A stretch of 64,000 nt of DNA from a virus. Taxonomy: Duplodnaviria > Caudoviricetes. Below the pieces are notes generated by a model. It searched no databases. It was not told the DNA's origin and was given only the letters and a program-made list of their open reading frames with translations. Both the position numbers and the translations under genes were made by a program. The stretch's first letter is position 1. The number at the start of each line of letters is the position of its first letter. Location of the stretch: IMG/VR virus record IMGVR_UViG_3300026159_000398. One strand, written 5' to 3'. Shown here one piece after another: positions 39,700-49,294 of this stretch.

Positions 39700-40823
39700 C
39701 TTTTCATTTTTGACGATATTGGCGAATGGCTTATAAATACATCAACAATCTTGAATTTCCTTTTGAGAGTGAAAAAAATCCATGATACAAATTGATCTTC
39801 ATCATCAAAATAGATTATTTCACCATCGTGTATAAGCCGCCATTCATTCTCAATGCAATCAAGGCATGTAATTACCAGATTGAAAGGAACATTTCGTAAA
39901 TAAGCATCTTTATAAATGCCATATTCAAGCCAATCATAATCAAGAAGCCCTACTCTGAATTTACCTTGCGGCGAATCATCAAAGTTTTGTTCAAACGGAT
40001 TTGGCTTGATATTATGAGGAATATGTTCAGTTGGGTGCGGACCATTTCCATGACGAGTATGGTACGCTCGAGTGACAATCCAAGGAAAAGGCGTATATTG
40101 AACAAAATTCCTGCTTCCTGTGTTGGAAGGAGTCACATGCGGAAAAAATCCATTATGTTGGTCAAGAAGCAATCCTTGGGAGCCTTCATAAATAAGACTT
40201 TTGAATTCTTTGCCTTTTCTATCTTTTGTAAGATTGTCAGGTGCCATTTTTACAAAAGGATTATTCGTAATAATGAAGCTTGCGTTCAGAAAATTCTTCA
40301 CATATTCAGTATCATATTCGCATTTATAGTGTTTAGCAATAAGCTTCAATTTTTCATGAAGAACAGATTGATAAAATAAATCTTCAAATTTTAGATGATA
40401 AAAGTTTTCTTCACGACGGTATGTCGCGTTGATTCCAAGCCCGCAACTTCCATGAGCATTTTGGCTTTCTGCTATTCTGCCAGCTCCAATATCGTATGGA
40501 GTTGTCACAGGACAGCGGCGATCAATGTAGAGTTCGGGTTCAATGCCCATTTTCATGAGCATATCAAGTTCGACTAAAAGAGCTACGGGGTCAATGGTAC
40601 ACTCAGGGAACCAATAAGTCGGAATTCCTCTGAGTGTACCACTGCCGAAACTTGAGAACACATGGCTAGTTTTTTCATCTACAACAACTTGATGACCTGC
40701 CTGTTGGCCTCCGCAGTAACGTACCACAAGCGGGCGTTTTAATTTCTGACAAAGGTAGTCAACAACCATACCTTTCCCTTCATCACCAAAACCTGCGCCA
40801 ATTACTGCGTTGCTAACATTCAT
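39690..40823 (-). CDS. purA: adenylosuccinate synthetase-like protein
   Basis: GAGFGDEGKG, GGQQAGH, HGSCGLGI, EGSQGLLLD, FPHVTPS, TRHGNGP. Confidence 0.8.
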   Translation of the reverse strand: MNVSNAVIGAGFGDEGKGMVVDYLCQKLKRPLVVRYCGGQQAGHQVVVDEKTSHVFSSFGSGTLRGIPTYWFPECTIDPVALLVELDMLMKMGIEPELYIDRRCPVTTPYDIGAGRIAESQNAHGSCGLGINATYRREENFYHLKFEDLFYQSVLHEKLKLIAKHYKCEYDTEYVKNFLNASFIITNNPFVKMAPDNLTKDRKGKEFKSLIYEGSQGLLLDQHNGFFPHVTPSNTGSRNFVQYTPFPWIVTRAYHTRHGNGPHPTEHIPHNIKPNPFEQNFDDSPQGKFRVGLLDYDWLEYGIYKDAYLRNVPFNLVITCLDCIENEWRLIHDGEIIYFDDEDQFVSWIFFTLKRKFKIVDVFISHSPISSKMKRWK

Positions 40824-41737
40824 TAAAGTATGATCTCCTGTTTTGTTGTGTTGTTTGTTCCTGCTGTGTTGCTCATATTAGGGATATCGCCTTGACGATT
40901 TTTGACAATAATGTCAGAAATAATTCCATCGATATCCTTGTGACTGTCTGCAACAAATAAATGATCTTTAAGAATCTGTTTCCAATCATCTACCGTTGAT
41001 GACATACTTCCTGCATACGTTTCTACCACGTGAATGTGATAGCATTCGTATTTCTTGGAAGCTTCTGCAAGCAATTCTTCTGTGGTAAAATCATGATATT
41101 GGCCAGGGCCCATGATTCTTTCGAGATCGCGTGCATTAAGAGTCTTCAAAACTGGCTCATCACCAATCGTTATGAGAATTCCTTTTTTGCCGCGTTTTTC
41201 GAAACAATCGATGGAGGTATGGAATGCTGCAAAATACCATGCCAACATGTAGCTTTCACCAGTGTTTCCACCACCACGGCCTTCAAGCCAGGTGTCTCCG
41301 AGCCAGTTGTCAAGAAGCTCATCACTTGTTTCAAACTGACCAACCTGAAGAGGTGCCGAATCGCATGTGTGGTCACCTATCGCAAGAAATAAAACTTGAG
41401 GATGCTTTATTCCTTTTTGATAAATCTTGTTCATGATGTTAGGGAGTCCCTTCTTTATCATGAAATTAGGAACAGAACCCATCGAACCAGTAACATCAAG
41501 TGCGATAATTATCGCATCAGATTCAGGGTGTTCTTCAGAATCACGCGATTCACGAATTTTTACGCCATTGGGATTCATGCTCGCCTTCATGCCATGAGCA
41601 TCATAAAGGCGATTATTATCCAGCATATCAAAATCGGCCATGTTGTCGACTTTGAATTTGCTTTTGAGGCGCAAATTACGAGGGTTGAGTTCAGCATCTC
41701 CTACGTAATTGACGATCGAATAACTTCCGTGACCCAT
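40823..41737 (-). CDS. vWA-domain protein
   Basis: IIIALDVTGSMG MIDAS; GGGNTGESY; ITIGDE. Confidence 0.8.
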   Translation of the reverse strand: MGHGSYSIVNYVGDAELNPRNLRLKSKFKVDNMADFDMLDNNRLYDAHGMKASMNPNGVKIRESRDSEEHPESDAIIIALDVTGSMGSVPNFMIKKGLPNIMNKIYQKGIKHPQVLFLAIGDHTCDSAPLQVGQFETSDELLDNWLGDTWLEGRGGGNTGESYMLAWYFAAFHTSIDCFEKRGKKGILITIGDEPVLKTLNARDLERIMGPGQYHDFTTEELLAEASKKYECYHIHVVETYAGSMSSTVDDWKQILKDHLFVADSHKDIDGIISDIIVKNRQGDIPNMSNTAGTNNTTKQEIIL

Positions 41738-41739
41738 AG

Positions 41740-42096
41740 TTACTTCGCTCCTTCGCCGAACAGTTGTTTGTATTGCTCTTTGGCGATCTCGAGAGTTATT
41801 TCGAGATTCCTGATGTCAATGCCCCTCTTGATATCCGTTTCGGTAAAAACAGCGGCATCAAAATCTTTGGGAGCAACAACAGTGCTGACTGCGTTGTTAG
41901 GTGCGAGGTCGATGCTGTTTTCGCGTACGCGTCTCAGCTTCTTGATATCATCTTCGATATCTTCGATCTTGCGCCTGTAAAGACGTTCAGTGTCTTCAAA
42001 GATCGCTTGAGCACGATCTTCACGAATCTGTTTCGCATTGCGTTTCAGAGACGTAAGAAAAGTACCTTCAACTTTTACTTCTTCATTATCTACCAT
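41740..42096 (-). CDS. coiled-coil hypothetical protein
   Basis: AGGAG SD; heptad pattern. Confidence 0.6.
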   Translation of the reverse strand: MVDNEEVKVEGTFLTSLKRNAKQIREDRAQAIFEDTERLYRRKIEDIEDDIKKLRRVRENSIDLAPNNAVSTVVAPKDFDAAVFTETDIKRGIDIRNLEITLEIAKEQYKQLFGEGAK

Positions 42097-42112
42097 GCGC
42101 TTTCTCCTTTTA

Positions 42113-42415
42113 TTAAGATTTTAAAATTGCGTTTATAGCGTCAATTTTCTTTTGTAATGCATTGCGTTCTTTTACGGCATTTTCATCGATACGGTATTCT
42201 CTTTTAAGAATCTCATCTACCCATTCTTTGTTGAGAATTGCAACACCGTGAGCAGCTTCTTCAGTAAAGAAATATCCACGAGTTTCGCCAATCATTACTG
42301 AATAAAAACTTCTGACAATGTCCTCAATCATTTTATCTTTAAAATGCTTATTGAGCTTTGTCAACTCCTGATAGACATCATCAGGAACTTCAAATTCTAA
42401 TTTTACTTTTTTCAT
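42113..42415 (-). CDS. hypothetical protein
   Basis: ORF in the - strand chain. Confidence 0.5.
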   Translation of the reverse strand: MKKVKLEFEVPDDVYQELTKLNKHFKDKMIEDIVRSFYSVMIGETRGYFFTEEAAHGVAILNKEWVDEILKREYRIDENAVKERNALQKKIDAINAILKS

Positions 42416-42835
42416 TTAATCCTTATTGTATTGAAGTGTGCCATCGGGATAAATGACAACAATTCGTTTTCCTGATTTTCTGGCGTAACGAATAGTTGCC
42501 CATGTGCCTGAACGAAGTTCTTCAGCATATTCCCATGGTGTTGCGATCAAAAGTCCGCATTCATCTACAATATCATGATTGCGAACTAAATAAGGTTTTT
42601 CATCACGTGTTTCGTTAAAGGACGTGAATGCTCTTTTAGAAGGATTTTCAGGCGGATGACAGACCACATGAACATCAGGTTGAACATAAATTACAGCTTC
42701 AACTGCTTCTTTGTCTGCGCCAACACAGTCACCATGGTGAAATTCATCAATACGAAGTTTTTTGATAATTTCACCAAAGGTGCGTAACTGTTCGGCAGTC
42801 ATGCCGTTTTGTGTTCCTGTAAATCCGACCTTCAT
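42416..42835 (-). CDS. SLOG-family (DprA/YspA-like) nucleotide-binding protein
   Basis: VGFTG, HGDCVGAD, RNHDIVD, SGTWATIRYA. Confidence 0.75.
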   Translation of the reverse strand: MKVGFTGTQNGMTAEQLRTFGEIIKKLRIDEFHHGDCVGADKEAVEAVIYVQPDVHVVCHPPENPSKRAFTSFNETRDEKPYLVRNHDIVDECGLLIATPWEYAEELRSGTWATIRYARKSGKRIVVIYPDGTLQYNKD

Positions 42836-42841
42836 GAATAA

Positions 42842-43483
42842 TTATATTGGTGCGGCAGGTCCTATGTTTAGGAAAAAAGTGGGCCAGCGCTTCTTAAATT
42901 CCCAAAGCAAAGGAATCATAATGCGCTTCATGTCTGGGTGGGCGGCGTCTGCGGTTCTTAATTCAAAGATATGACGCCATTCGCGGATATTAGCTTTTAC
43001 GACAATTTCAGTCTTCAAATCATTTGGTAGGATGCCCCTCGCTGCGTTAGGCGGCAAGCCAGCGGCAATCATTTTCATGTACATTTCTTCAACCGCAATA
43101 AGAGTTTTAATGTAATCATTAAGGACTACACTCCCTTCACTTCCGGTAAGCCAATACGGATTTATGAATGTAATCTCATTACCAAATTTGTCTTTTGAGT
43201 AGTTGCAATAACGGGTGCTTTCTTGTGCGAAGCTGCACATACGATGGCGGACAATCTCATGTGTAAATCCACGATTATGAATGAATCGAACAGTGATGTC
43301 TGCAAATTCAATCATGGCTTCATGGCCACGTTTGATTATGTTTTCTACAAAATGTTCTGCAGAATCTTCTGTGATTTTGTCTTCGGATTTGTAGCAAGTC
43401 CTTGCTGCACATTCAATTGCTTGAAGAAGAATTTCGGCGGTGCTATCTATGAGGATGTGAAAACTCGGCTCTATTAACTGCAT
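42842..43483 (-). CDS. thyX: flavin-dependent thymidylate synthase
   Basis: RGH, HEIVRHRMCSFAQESTRY, ARGILP, NIREWRH..LR..AHP. Confidence 0.95.
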   Translation of the reverse strand: MQLIEPSFHILIDSTAEILLQAIECAARTCYKSEDKITEDSAEHFVENIIKRGHEAMIEFADITVRFIHNRGFTHEIVRHRMCSFAQESTRYCNYSKDKFGNEITFINPYWLTGSEGSVVLNDYIKTLIAVEEMYMKMIAAGLPPNAARGILPNDLKTEIVVKANIREWRHIFELRTADAAHPDMKRIMIPLLWEFKKRWPTFFLNIGPAAPI

Positions 43484-43707
43484 TTACTCTCTCCTGAATT
43501 TTCAGATCGGTTTTCAAATTGATCACATGTTTCTGAACTTTGTTTGCTTATTATGTTTTCTTTATCAATATGGCAATCGCCTTTAACATTTTGAACTGAT
43601 TTTTCTCCAAAAATTTCATGAATAAATGGGTTATAAATGCTATGCCACGATTTGCAATTAAAACACACTTTTTCTTTTGGATGAGATGCTTCTTTTACTT
43701 TGAACAT
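43474..43707 (-). CDS. small Cys-rich hypothetical protein
   Basis: CFNC..C..C; AGGAG SD. Confidence 0.5.
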   Translation of the reverse strand: MFKVKEASHPKEKVCFNCKSWHSIYNPFIHEIFGEKSVQNVKGDCHIDKENIISKQSSETCDQFENRSENSGESKCS

Positions 43708-43721
43708 TTACTCTCTCCTGT

Positions 43722-44384
43722 TTAAAAAATTATCTTTCTTCCTTTAATCCAACCTTGATCTAACCATTTTTGAAGATCAGATTTAGGAATTGATTTACTT
43801 ATTTTTGTCTCTAAACTATGAATCCAACAATTACCATAATTTGAATTATTTTTACCTTGCTGATATTTAGAATTCGCTTTTCCTATTTTCTTTTTGGATT
43901 CATCTGTATGTTTTTTGCCAGTCCATGACCAGCCGCCTTTCTTTTCAAATGTTTTACGAGTTGAATTAACTCTTTTTTGTAATTGTTCTTTAGAATTCCA
44001 TTTATCTAGATATGCTTTTCTAAATTCTAAATCATTTTTTACTTTATCACCGGTAATTCTACCACCAATTAAACCAGACTTCGAAGGTGATTTTTCTAAA
44101 TCTGTAGCTTGCCCACCAACCTGACAGTTATATGTATCATCACGAGCAACAAATTCGTCATCTACAATTTGTTGTTCTCTACGATTCATATCTTCATAAT
44201 CTTCACAAAAAAATAAAATTTCTTTTTTAAAATTTTCTTTTCCAAATAATTTAATATCACGATGCAAAAGTATTCCACTACCCAAATAATTGTCATTCGG
44301 ATTTGTAGTTTGATGTTGACCGATATAAATTTTATTATTGACTAAACATGTTGTTTTATAAATAGTGAAATATTGTTTTTTCAT
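43722..44384 (-). CDS. GIY-YIG (Seg-like) homing endonuclease
   Basis: TIYKTT..IYIGQH, YLGSG, FKKEIL, YN..GG; NUMOD3. Confidence 0.88.
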   Translation of the reverse strand: MKKQYFTIYKTTCLVNNKIYIGQHQTTNPNDNYLGSGILLHRDIKLFGKENFKKEILFFCEDYEDMNRREQQIVDDEFVARDDTYNCQVGGQATDLEKSPSKSGLIGGRITGDKVKNDLEFRKAYLDKWNSKEQLQKRVNSTRKTFEKKGGWSWTGKKHTDESKKKIGKANSKYQQGKNNSNYGNCWIHSLETKISKSIPKSDLQKWLDQGWIKGRKIIF

Positions 44385-44455
44385 AAAAAACCTCTTAATA
44401 AATTATATTAAGAGGCAGTTCAATTTTTGTTCAATATTTTTTATTGAACTCTGAT

Positions 44456-44529
44456 TATCCTCCGGCAGAGTCGAACTGCCATCACTGAGTTCGTAGCCCA
44501 GTACTCTAAATCCATTGAGCTAGGAGGAC
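44456..44529 (-). tRNA. tRNA-Arg(ACG)
   Basis: Cloverleaf; anticodon loop CUACGAA. Confidence 0.9.
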
Positions 44530-44533
44530 GAAT

Positions 44534-44611
44534 TACCCTCAGAAGGACTTGAACCTCCATGCATCCAATTAACCTTTCAACGCGTTCGTAGCGCGAGGGT
44601 ATACGGAGAGA
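44534..44611 (-). ncRNA. atypical tRNA-Arg(ACG)-like RNA lacking a normal D arm
   Basis: CGCG-CUACGAA-CGCG arm and GGAGG-UUCAAGU-CCUUC T arm; weak acceptor stem. Confidence 0.6.
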
Positions 44612-44615
44612 AATG

Positions 44616-44687
44616 TCCTGAGAGTCTGAGTTGAACAGACACCTGCTGGGCTTCAACTAACCGTGCGACCAAGTACACTATCTCAGG
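44616..44687 (-). tRNA. tRNA-Phe(GAA)
   Basis: CCUGAGA/UCUCAGG acceptor; loop UUGAAGC. Confidence 0.85.
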
Positions 44688-45261
44688 TAAAATATAATTC
44701 TGGCAATTCTTGTTCAGTAACGACAAAAAAATTATCGCCATATTGTTTATTTGCGGCTTTTAATTTAGCCTGAATTTTTGATTCCTTTAATCTAAAATGA
44801 GGTTTTATTTCCACTATACTTTTTTCTCTTGGTAAATAAAAATCAGGATAGTAGTAATGTTCATTGCCTTCAAAAGTATATTTGACTCTAAATTTTTTAT
44901 TATCTGCTCTTTCATAAGGAATTTTATATTCATCAAGAAGTTGCATGAATTTGAGTTCAAATGAAGATTCATAAGGAATGCCATTATAAATTCCATTTAT
45001 ACTTTTTAATCTTTTATTGCTGGGTTCCCATCCGTCACGAATATGTTGTTTATGTTCTTCGGAAAGTTTCTTTCCTTTTCGAGAATTACTTATTTTAAGT
45101 TTTGTTTCTTGCGAAATTTTATATCCTTTAGAACGATTCTTTCCGATGCATGACACACTTATTTTTAATTTTGTTTCTTGGGAAACTTTGTGTCCTTTGA
45201 GTGAATCGCTAATTTTTTGATTTCGTGCTGATGAATATTTGAAACCCTTTTTTCTTGACAT
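44683..45261 (-). CDS. homing endonuclease, NUMOD3 + PD-(D/E)xK
   Basis: SQETKLKIS repeats; YYPDFYLP..IVEIK. Confidence 0.8.
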   Translation of the reverse strand: MSRKKGFKYSSARNQKISDSLKGHKVSQETKLKISVSCIGKNRSKGYKISQETKLKISNSRKGKKLSEEHKQHIRDGWEPSNKRLKSINGIYNGIPYESSFELKFMQLLDEYKIPYERADNKKFRVKYTFEGNEHYYYPDFYLPREKSIVEIKPHFRLKESKIQAKLKAANKQYGDNFFVVTEQELPELYFT

Positions 45262-45365
45262 GATAATTACCTCTACTATAATTATAAACGGAAGTTAGGC
45301 TGATTGAGTAGAGCAATCAGCCAAGGGAGCTACCCTCTTTCCTTCCTGTATTTATAATTATATTA
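45262..45365 (-). promoter_or_regulatory. structured endonuclease leader, copy 1 (SD-sequestering pseudoknot)
   Basis: GAGGGUAGCUCCCUU core; hairpin loop CUCUACU complementary to AGUAGAG at the SD. Confidence 0.7.
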
Positions 45366-45369
45366 CATG

Positions 45370-45651
45370 TCAAAGATTTTTTTGATATTGTTTTTTAAAT
45401 TTTGTTAATTTCTTCCAGCTTTTTGTTGTATAACAACTGGGATATTTTTCAAGATTCCCCCACCTATTTAGATATGAAGGGCCTCTTCTTTTACGTAACA
45501 AAATTCCATCATCAATATCTTTTTGCCATCTGCATCTCTCTTGTTGAACTCTTTGACGACGATATCCAAGCCATCTGTGTTCAGCAAGCATCCACCATTT
45601 AGGGCAAGGATGTTCTTCATATCCCCACCACTTTGACCAATGATAGTACAT
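45370..45651 (-). CDS. small basic Trp-rich protein
   Basis: AGGAGG SD; preceded by an MTFK minigene and hairpin. Confidence 0.55.
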   Translation of the reverse strand: MYYHWSKWWGYEEHPCPKWWMLAEHRWLGYRRQRVQQERCRWQKDIDDGILLRKRRGPSYLNRWGNLEKYPSCYTTKSWKKLTKFKKQYQKNL

Positions 45652-45760
45652 TATAACCTCCTAAGTTTTCACTTAAAAGTCATAAAGTACCTCCATAAAA
45701 AGTTTTTTCATAATAACATCCTTTTTGAATTTTAACATGAACAATGTTAATGTTCAGCTT

Positions 45761-45961
45761 TTATGTTAATGACACCATTGTTTGATGTTCACATGTATCT
45801 TCAGCATCTTTTTTGGTATTATTCAATTCACAAATTCCTGTAGTACTTTGAAATTCTTGTAAGTCTTTTTCTGTATGTTTATAAAGACTTTCCCACTTTT
45901 GGCAATTTGCACAAATTTTTAATTGTCTGTCAATTGGTTTTCTCATTGTTATTTTCCTCAA
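45761..45961 (-). CDS. small Cys-rich hypothetical protein
   Basis: CANC..GIC..C, similar to 43474-43707. Confidence 0.45.
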   Translation of the reverse strand: MRKITMRKPIDRQLKICANCQKWESLYKHTEKDLQEFQSTTGICELNNTKKDAEDTCEHQTMVSLT

Positions 45962-46601
45962 ATTCTTTTTTTATTCTTATAATTTGTGTTCTACTAATTT
46001 TTAGATTTTCTGAAGCTCGTGATATCCAGCCGCGTTTATCATAATCATATAATTTTATTTTTTTATATAATTCAGCACGTATTTGTTTGGCTTTTTCTGA
46101 TGAATATGTTAAATTTAATTTTTTGAGACAACGAGTTATATGAACAACACTGCAATTAAATTCTTTAGCTAATTCTTCTGTATTGATATTACTTTCAAAT
46201 AATCTTTTTAATTTTTCAAAATCAATTTCTTTTTTATTCCATGCCTTTTGTGAATTTTTTGCGCCTTTATTCCATGGTGAACATCCCTTTCTGTTACCTG
46301 GAATTGTATGAATAAATCCGCCTTGACCACCTTCTAAAATATTGTAACCATAAAGTCGATTATTACTTTGAAAAAACTTTATGCATTCTTTTTCAGCTTT
46401 ATTAAGTAATTTTTCTGAATTACACCAACCTAGAATTATTTTTTCTAAATGAATAGAACCACGTTTTTGAATAACTTGACGAATTATTTTTCCTGAGCCA
46501 AAATAATTCTTTATACCTTTTAAACTTTGATTAGTTGTTTTACCAACATAAACTTTTTTTGTAAAATGATCTTTAATGAGATAAATGTAGCCGTATGACA
46601 T
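45930..46601 (-). CDS. GIY-YIG homing endonuclease with HTH
   Basis: GYIYLI..VYVG, YFGSG, GYNILEGG. Confidence 0.85.
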   Translation of the reverse strand: MSYGYIYLIKDHFTKKVYVGKTTNQSLKGIKNYFGSGKIIRQVIQKRGSIHLEKIILGWCNSEKLLNKAEKECIKFFQSNNRLYGYNILEGGQGGFIHTIPGNRKGCSPWNKGAKNSQKAWNKKEIDFEKLKRLFESNINTEELAKEFNCSVVHITRCLKKLNLTYSSEKAKQIRAELYKKIKLYDYDKRGWISRASENLKISRTQIIRIKKEFEENNNEKTN

Positions 46602-46706
46602 GATAATTAGCCTCAACATAATTATAAATATAGAAGTGAGACCAGTAAGTTGAGGTTACTGGTCAAGGGAGCTACCCTCTGTCCTTCTGATATTATAATT
46701 ATATTA
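46602..46706 (-). promoter_or_regulatory. structured endonuclease leader, copy 2
   Basis: Same core; loop CCUCAAC complementary to GUUGAGG at the SD. Confidence 0.7.
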
Positions 46707-46734
46707 CATCATCGACTAAATTCTTCTCTCATTT

Positions 46735-47211
46735 TTACTGGACGAGTGAATCCGCGGCGTGCGTCGCTGCCCAGCTATCATGCTTGATTTTGTATTCGAA
46801 GCCCATTGCTTCCACCCATCCAATAGCTTCTTTAGCAATAGAGTTGGATTTGTGTTCAGGGTTTGGGTTGATGTCCAAGTGAACTTGGAATCCACGAGTT
46901 CCAACAAGATCAAGTAGCTTTGTAGAAGCATCAACCACAAGTTCAACTTCCTTCATCAAGCGTTCACGCATACTTCTGATGCGAGCGGTTTTTGAAACTT
47001 CCACAAACATGTGGCCGCCTTTTGAACTTTCAATGTGAACGATGATAGCAAGACCAAAACTTGTATAAGCTTTGTGGTTCTGGCTGTCAACTCCAACATA
47101 GATTGTGCTGGTTTGAGGAGTATTTTTGATGTACTCTTTCAAATCATCCCAATCAATAGCTTGTGTGATTCTTCTTTCCCCTTCTTTTAGATCGCTCTTG
47201 AACTTTTTCAT
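46735..47211 (-). CDS. RNase H-like YkuK/DUF458 family protein
   Basis: IYVGVDSQ, RLMKEV, VHLDIN..HKSN, KHDSWAATHAAD. Confidence 0.8.
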   Translation of the reverse strand: MKKFKSDLKEGERRITQAIDWDDLKEYIKNTPQTSTIYVGVDSQNHKAYTSFGLAIIVHIESSKGGHMFVEVSKTARIRSMRERLMKEVELVVDASTKLLDLVGTRGFQVHLDINPNPEHKSNSIAKEAIGWVEAMGFEYKIKHDSWAATHAADSLVQ

Positions 47212-48262
47212 ACGAACGTCATCTCCATCTTACCCAGAACTTTTATTTGAGATGGTTCTATCATGGCTGAAAAACAGCCACTCTGATAAAAATCAGCAGT
47301 GTCGCCGTTCTTATCATAGGAACCGTCTTTTTTCAGACGTTTTACGAAAACATGATGGCCATCAGGATAAACGTCATTGTGTGCTTTTCCACCGCCATCC
47401 ATTTTCGTCTTTATAACTACAAACTTTCCACCTTTGAGACAAAACTTTTCATAGGAAAGTTGTTGCTTGCTTAATTGTGTTTTTACAAAGTTGATTATTA
47501 CTTTATTATCGACTTTCGCTCCAACTCTTTTAAAGGCGTTGCGAACTTCATTGGCAATGTCATGATAATCTGTATCAATTATCGGGTCATATTTTTCATC
47601 AATAGTTACTTCATGATGGCATTTATCATTTGAGAATGCCATGTTCTGATAAACATATCGTTCAGGAACATCGGTATAAACGCAATGACCTTTTCTCAGT
47701 TCAACAACATCACCAACTTTCAGCATGACTCACTCCTTTTCATCTAAATGTCTTTCAATGTATGCCTTATCCTGTTGAACTTTGTATGTGTCAAGTTCTC
47801 TAGACATCATTTTCAGAAGTTCTTTTTCAAGATCGCAGCTCATGGTTTTTAATTCTTCAGCTGCTTCAACTGTCCATTTGCATTTAAATGGTTTATTGTG
47901 ATAAATTTTACGAATCTTCCACCAATTACGCCATCCAACTTTCTTGAACGCTTGGCGAACTGGAACATTCATTACAATTCTGGTGGTTGGTATTTTTCCA
48001 AGCTCACCAAAATCTATTACGTCTCCTTTCCAATGAATGGTAATTCTCATTACCACCCTCTTTCGTTGTTTGTTGTAATTTCTATGACAGCGAAAACTGC
48101 CATCAATAATCCTAAGAGACCTAAAAAGAAAATAATCGAGAAAAACAACCAATCTTTAGTGATAATTTTATTTCCAGCTTCTTTAATCATGTGCCACAAA
48201 AATGCGACACCACATCCACCAAAAAATAACCATCCTAAAACAAAGGCTAAAACAATTTCCAT
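47208..48262 (-). other. three hypothetical genes (47208-47726, 47730-48050, 48050-48262 membrane)
   Basis: Coupled - strand ORFs. Confidence 0.55.
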
Positions 48263-48273
48263 ACTCTCTCCAT

Positions 48274-48354
48274 TAGGGATACCCAGACTCGAACTGGGAC
48301 GCCATTAGGCACAGGGTTTGAGCCTGCTGAGTAGACCAATTCCTCTATATCCCC
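48274..48354 (-). tRNA. tRNA-Leu(CAA)
   Basis: Loop CUCAAAC; variable arm. Confidence 0.9.
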
Positions 48355-48608
48355 GTATTTTTATTTATTTATTGCAAGGCAGATTTTCTTGAATTCTGCA
48401 TCGCATGCTTTCATTGATGTTTCTTCGTCTTCTTCTACACCAAAATCCCAGGTGTATTCATTGCCATTACGCATAGTGAATTCAATGGAACACAAATCAT
48501 CTGTTTTATGAAATGATTCAATGTCATAAGTACGTATAACATCATTTTGAGGATGACCATCTTTACTCTTGCATATCAGAAAATCCATAACTCTCTCCTT
48601 TTGTTTTG

Positions 48609-48682
48609 TGCATCCCGTGAGATTTGAACTCACCACTTTCCCGTTATGAGCGGGGTACTCTAACCAACTGAGTTAGGGATGC
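48609..48682 (-). tRNA. tRNA with CAT anticodon (elongator Met or Ile2)
   Basis: Loop CUCAUAA; fully paired acceptor. Confidence 0.85.
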
Positions 48683-49098
48683 TTATTTCACTTCTTTGGC
48701 GTTTCTCAATCTCATTATCAATTCTTCAATTTTGACTCGTTTGAATGGAAAAAATAATGAGTGCTTCGCTCTATCAAGAGCAGTTTTCAGAAGTTCAATT
48801 TCTTCTTCAGTGAGAATGTCGATCATGTAACGTCTTTGACGGTAATTTCTCATACGCTCTCCTTTGGATATTTTATTGAAATAGATTTTATGATTATTTC
48901 TTTTGGTTCTAAAATCATTAAGTCACCAAAAACCACACCAAAATTTTCTAGACTTGCATTTCCATTTCTTCGCATAACATCAGTAATGAAGGCTTCAGCT
49001 TGTTCTACCATTTCAAAACCTTTCATGCCGTGCTCGAATTCGGTATCGTAAAATACCCAGACTTTTCGTTTCATTTCCATAACTCACTCCTTTAAATG

Positions 49099-49170
49099 TC
49101 CGCTCGACAGGAATCGAACCTATTTCTCCGGTTTATCAGACCGGTGCTTCGCCATTTAAGCTACGAGCGG
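49099..49170 (-). tRNA. tRNA-Ile(GAT)
   Basis: Loop CUGAUAA. Confidence 0.9.
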
Positions 49171-49176
49171 GTGATG

Positions 49177-49250
49177 CAGAAGTGACTGGATTCGAACCAG
49201 TATCTTTCGATTTTGGAGATCGATATTTTGGCCAGTTAAACTACACTTCT
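49177..49250 (-). tRNA. tRNA-Trp(CCA)
   Basis: Loop CUCCAAA; G73. Confidence 0.9.
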
Positions 49251-49294
49251 AAATGTCTTCTTATTGAATTATATTATAATTATTTATACTTTAT

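Noticed and set aside
39690-40823. PurZ / Z-genome pathway
   Set aside because: The catalytic motif is GDEGKG (PurA-type Asp), not the Ser-containing PurZ form; no datZ/mazZ recognised nearby.
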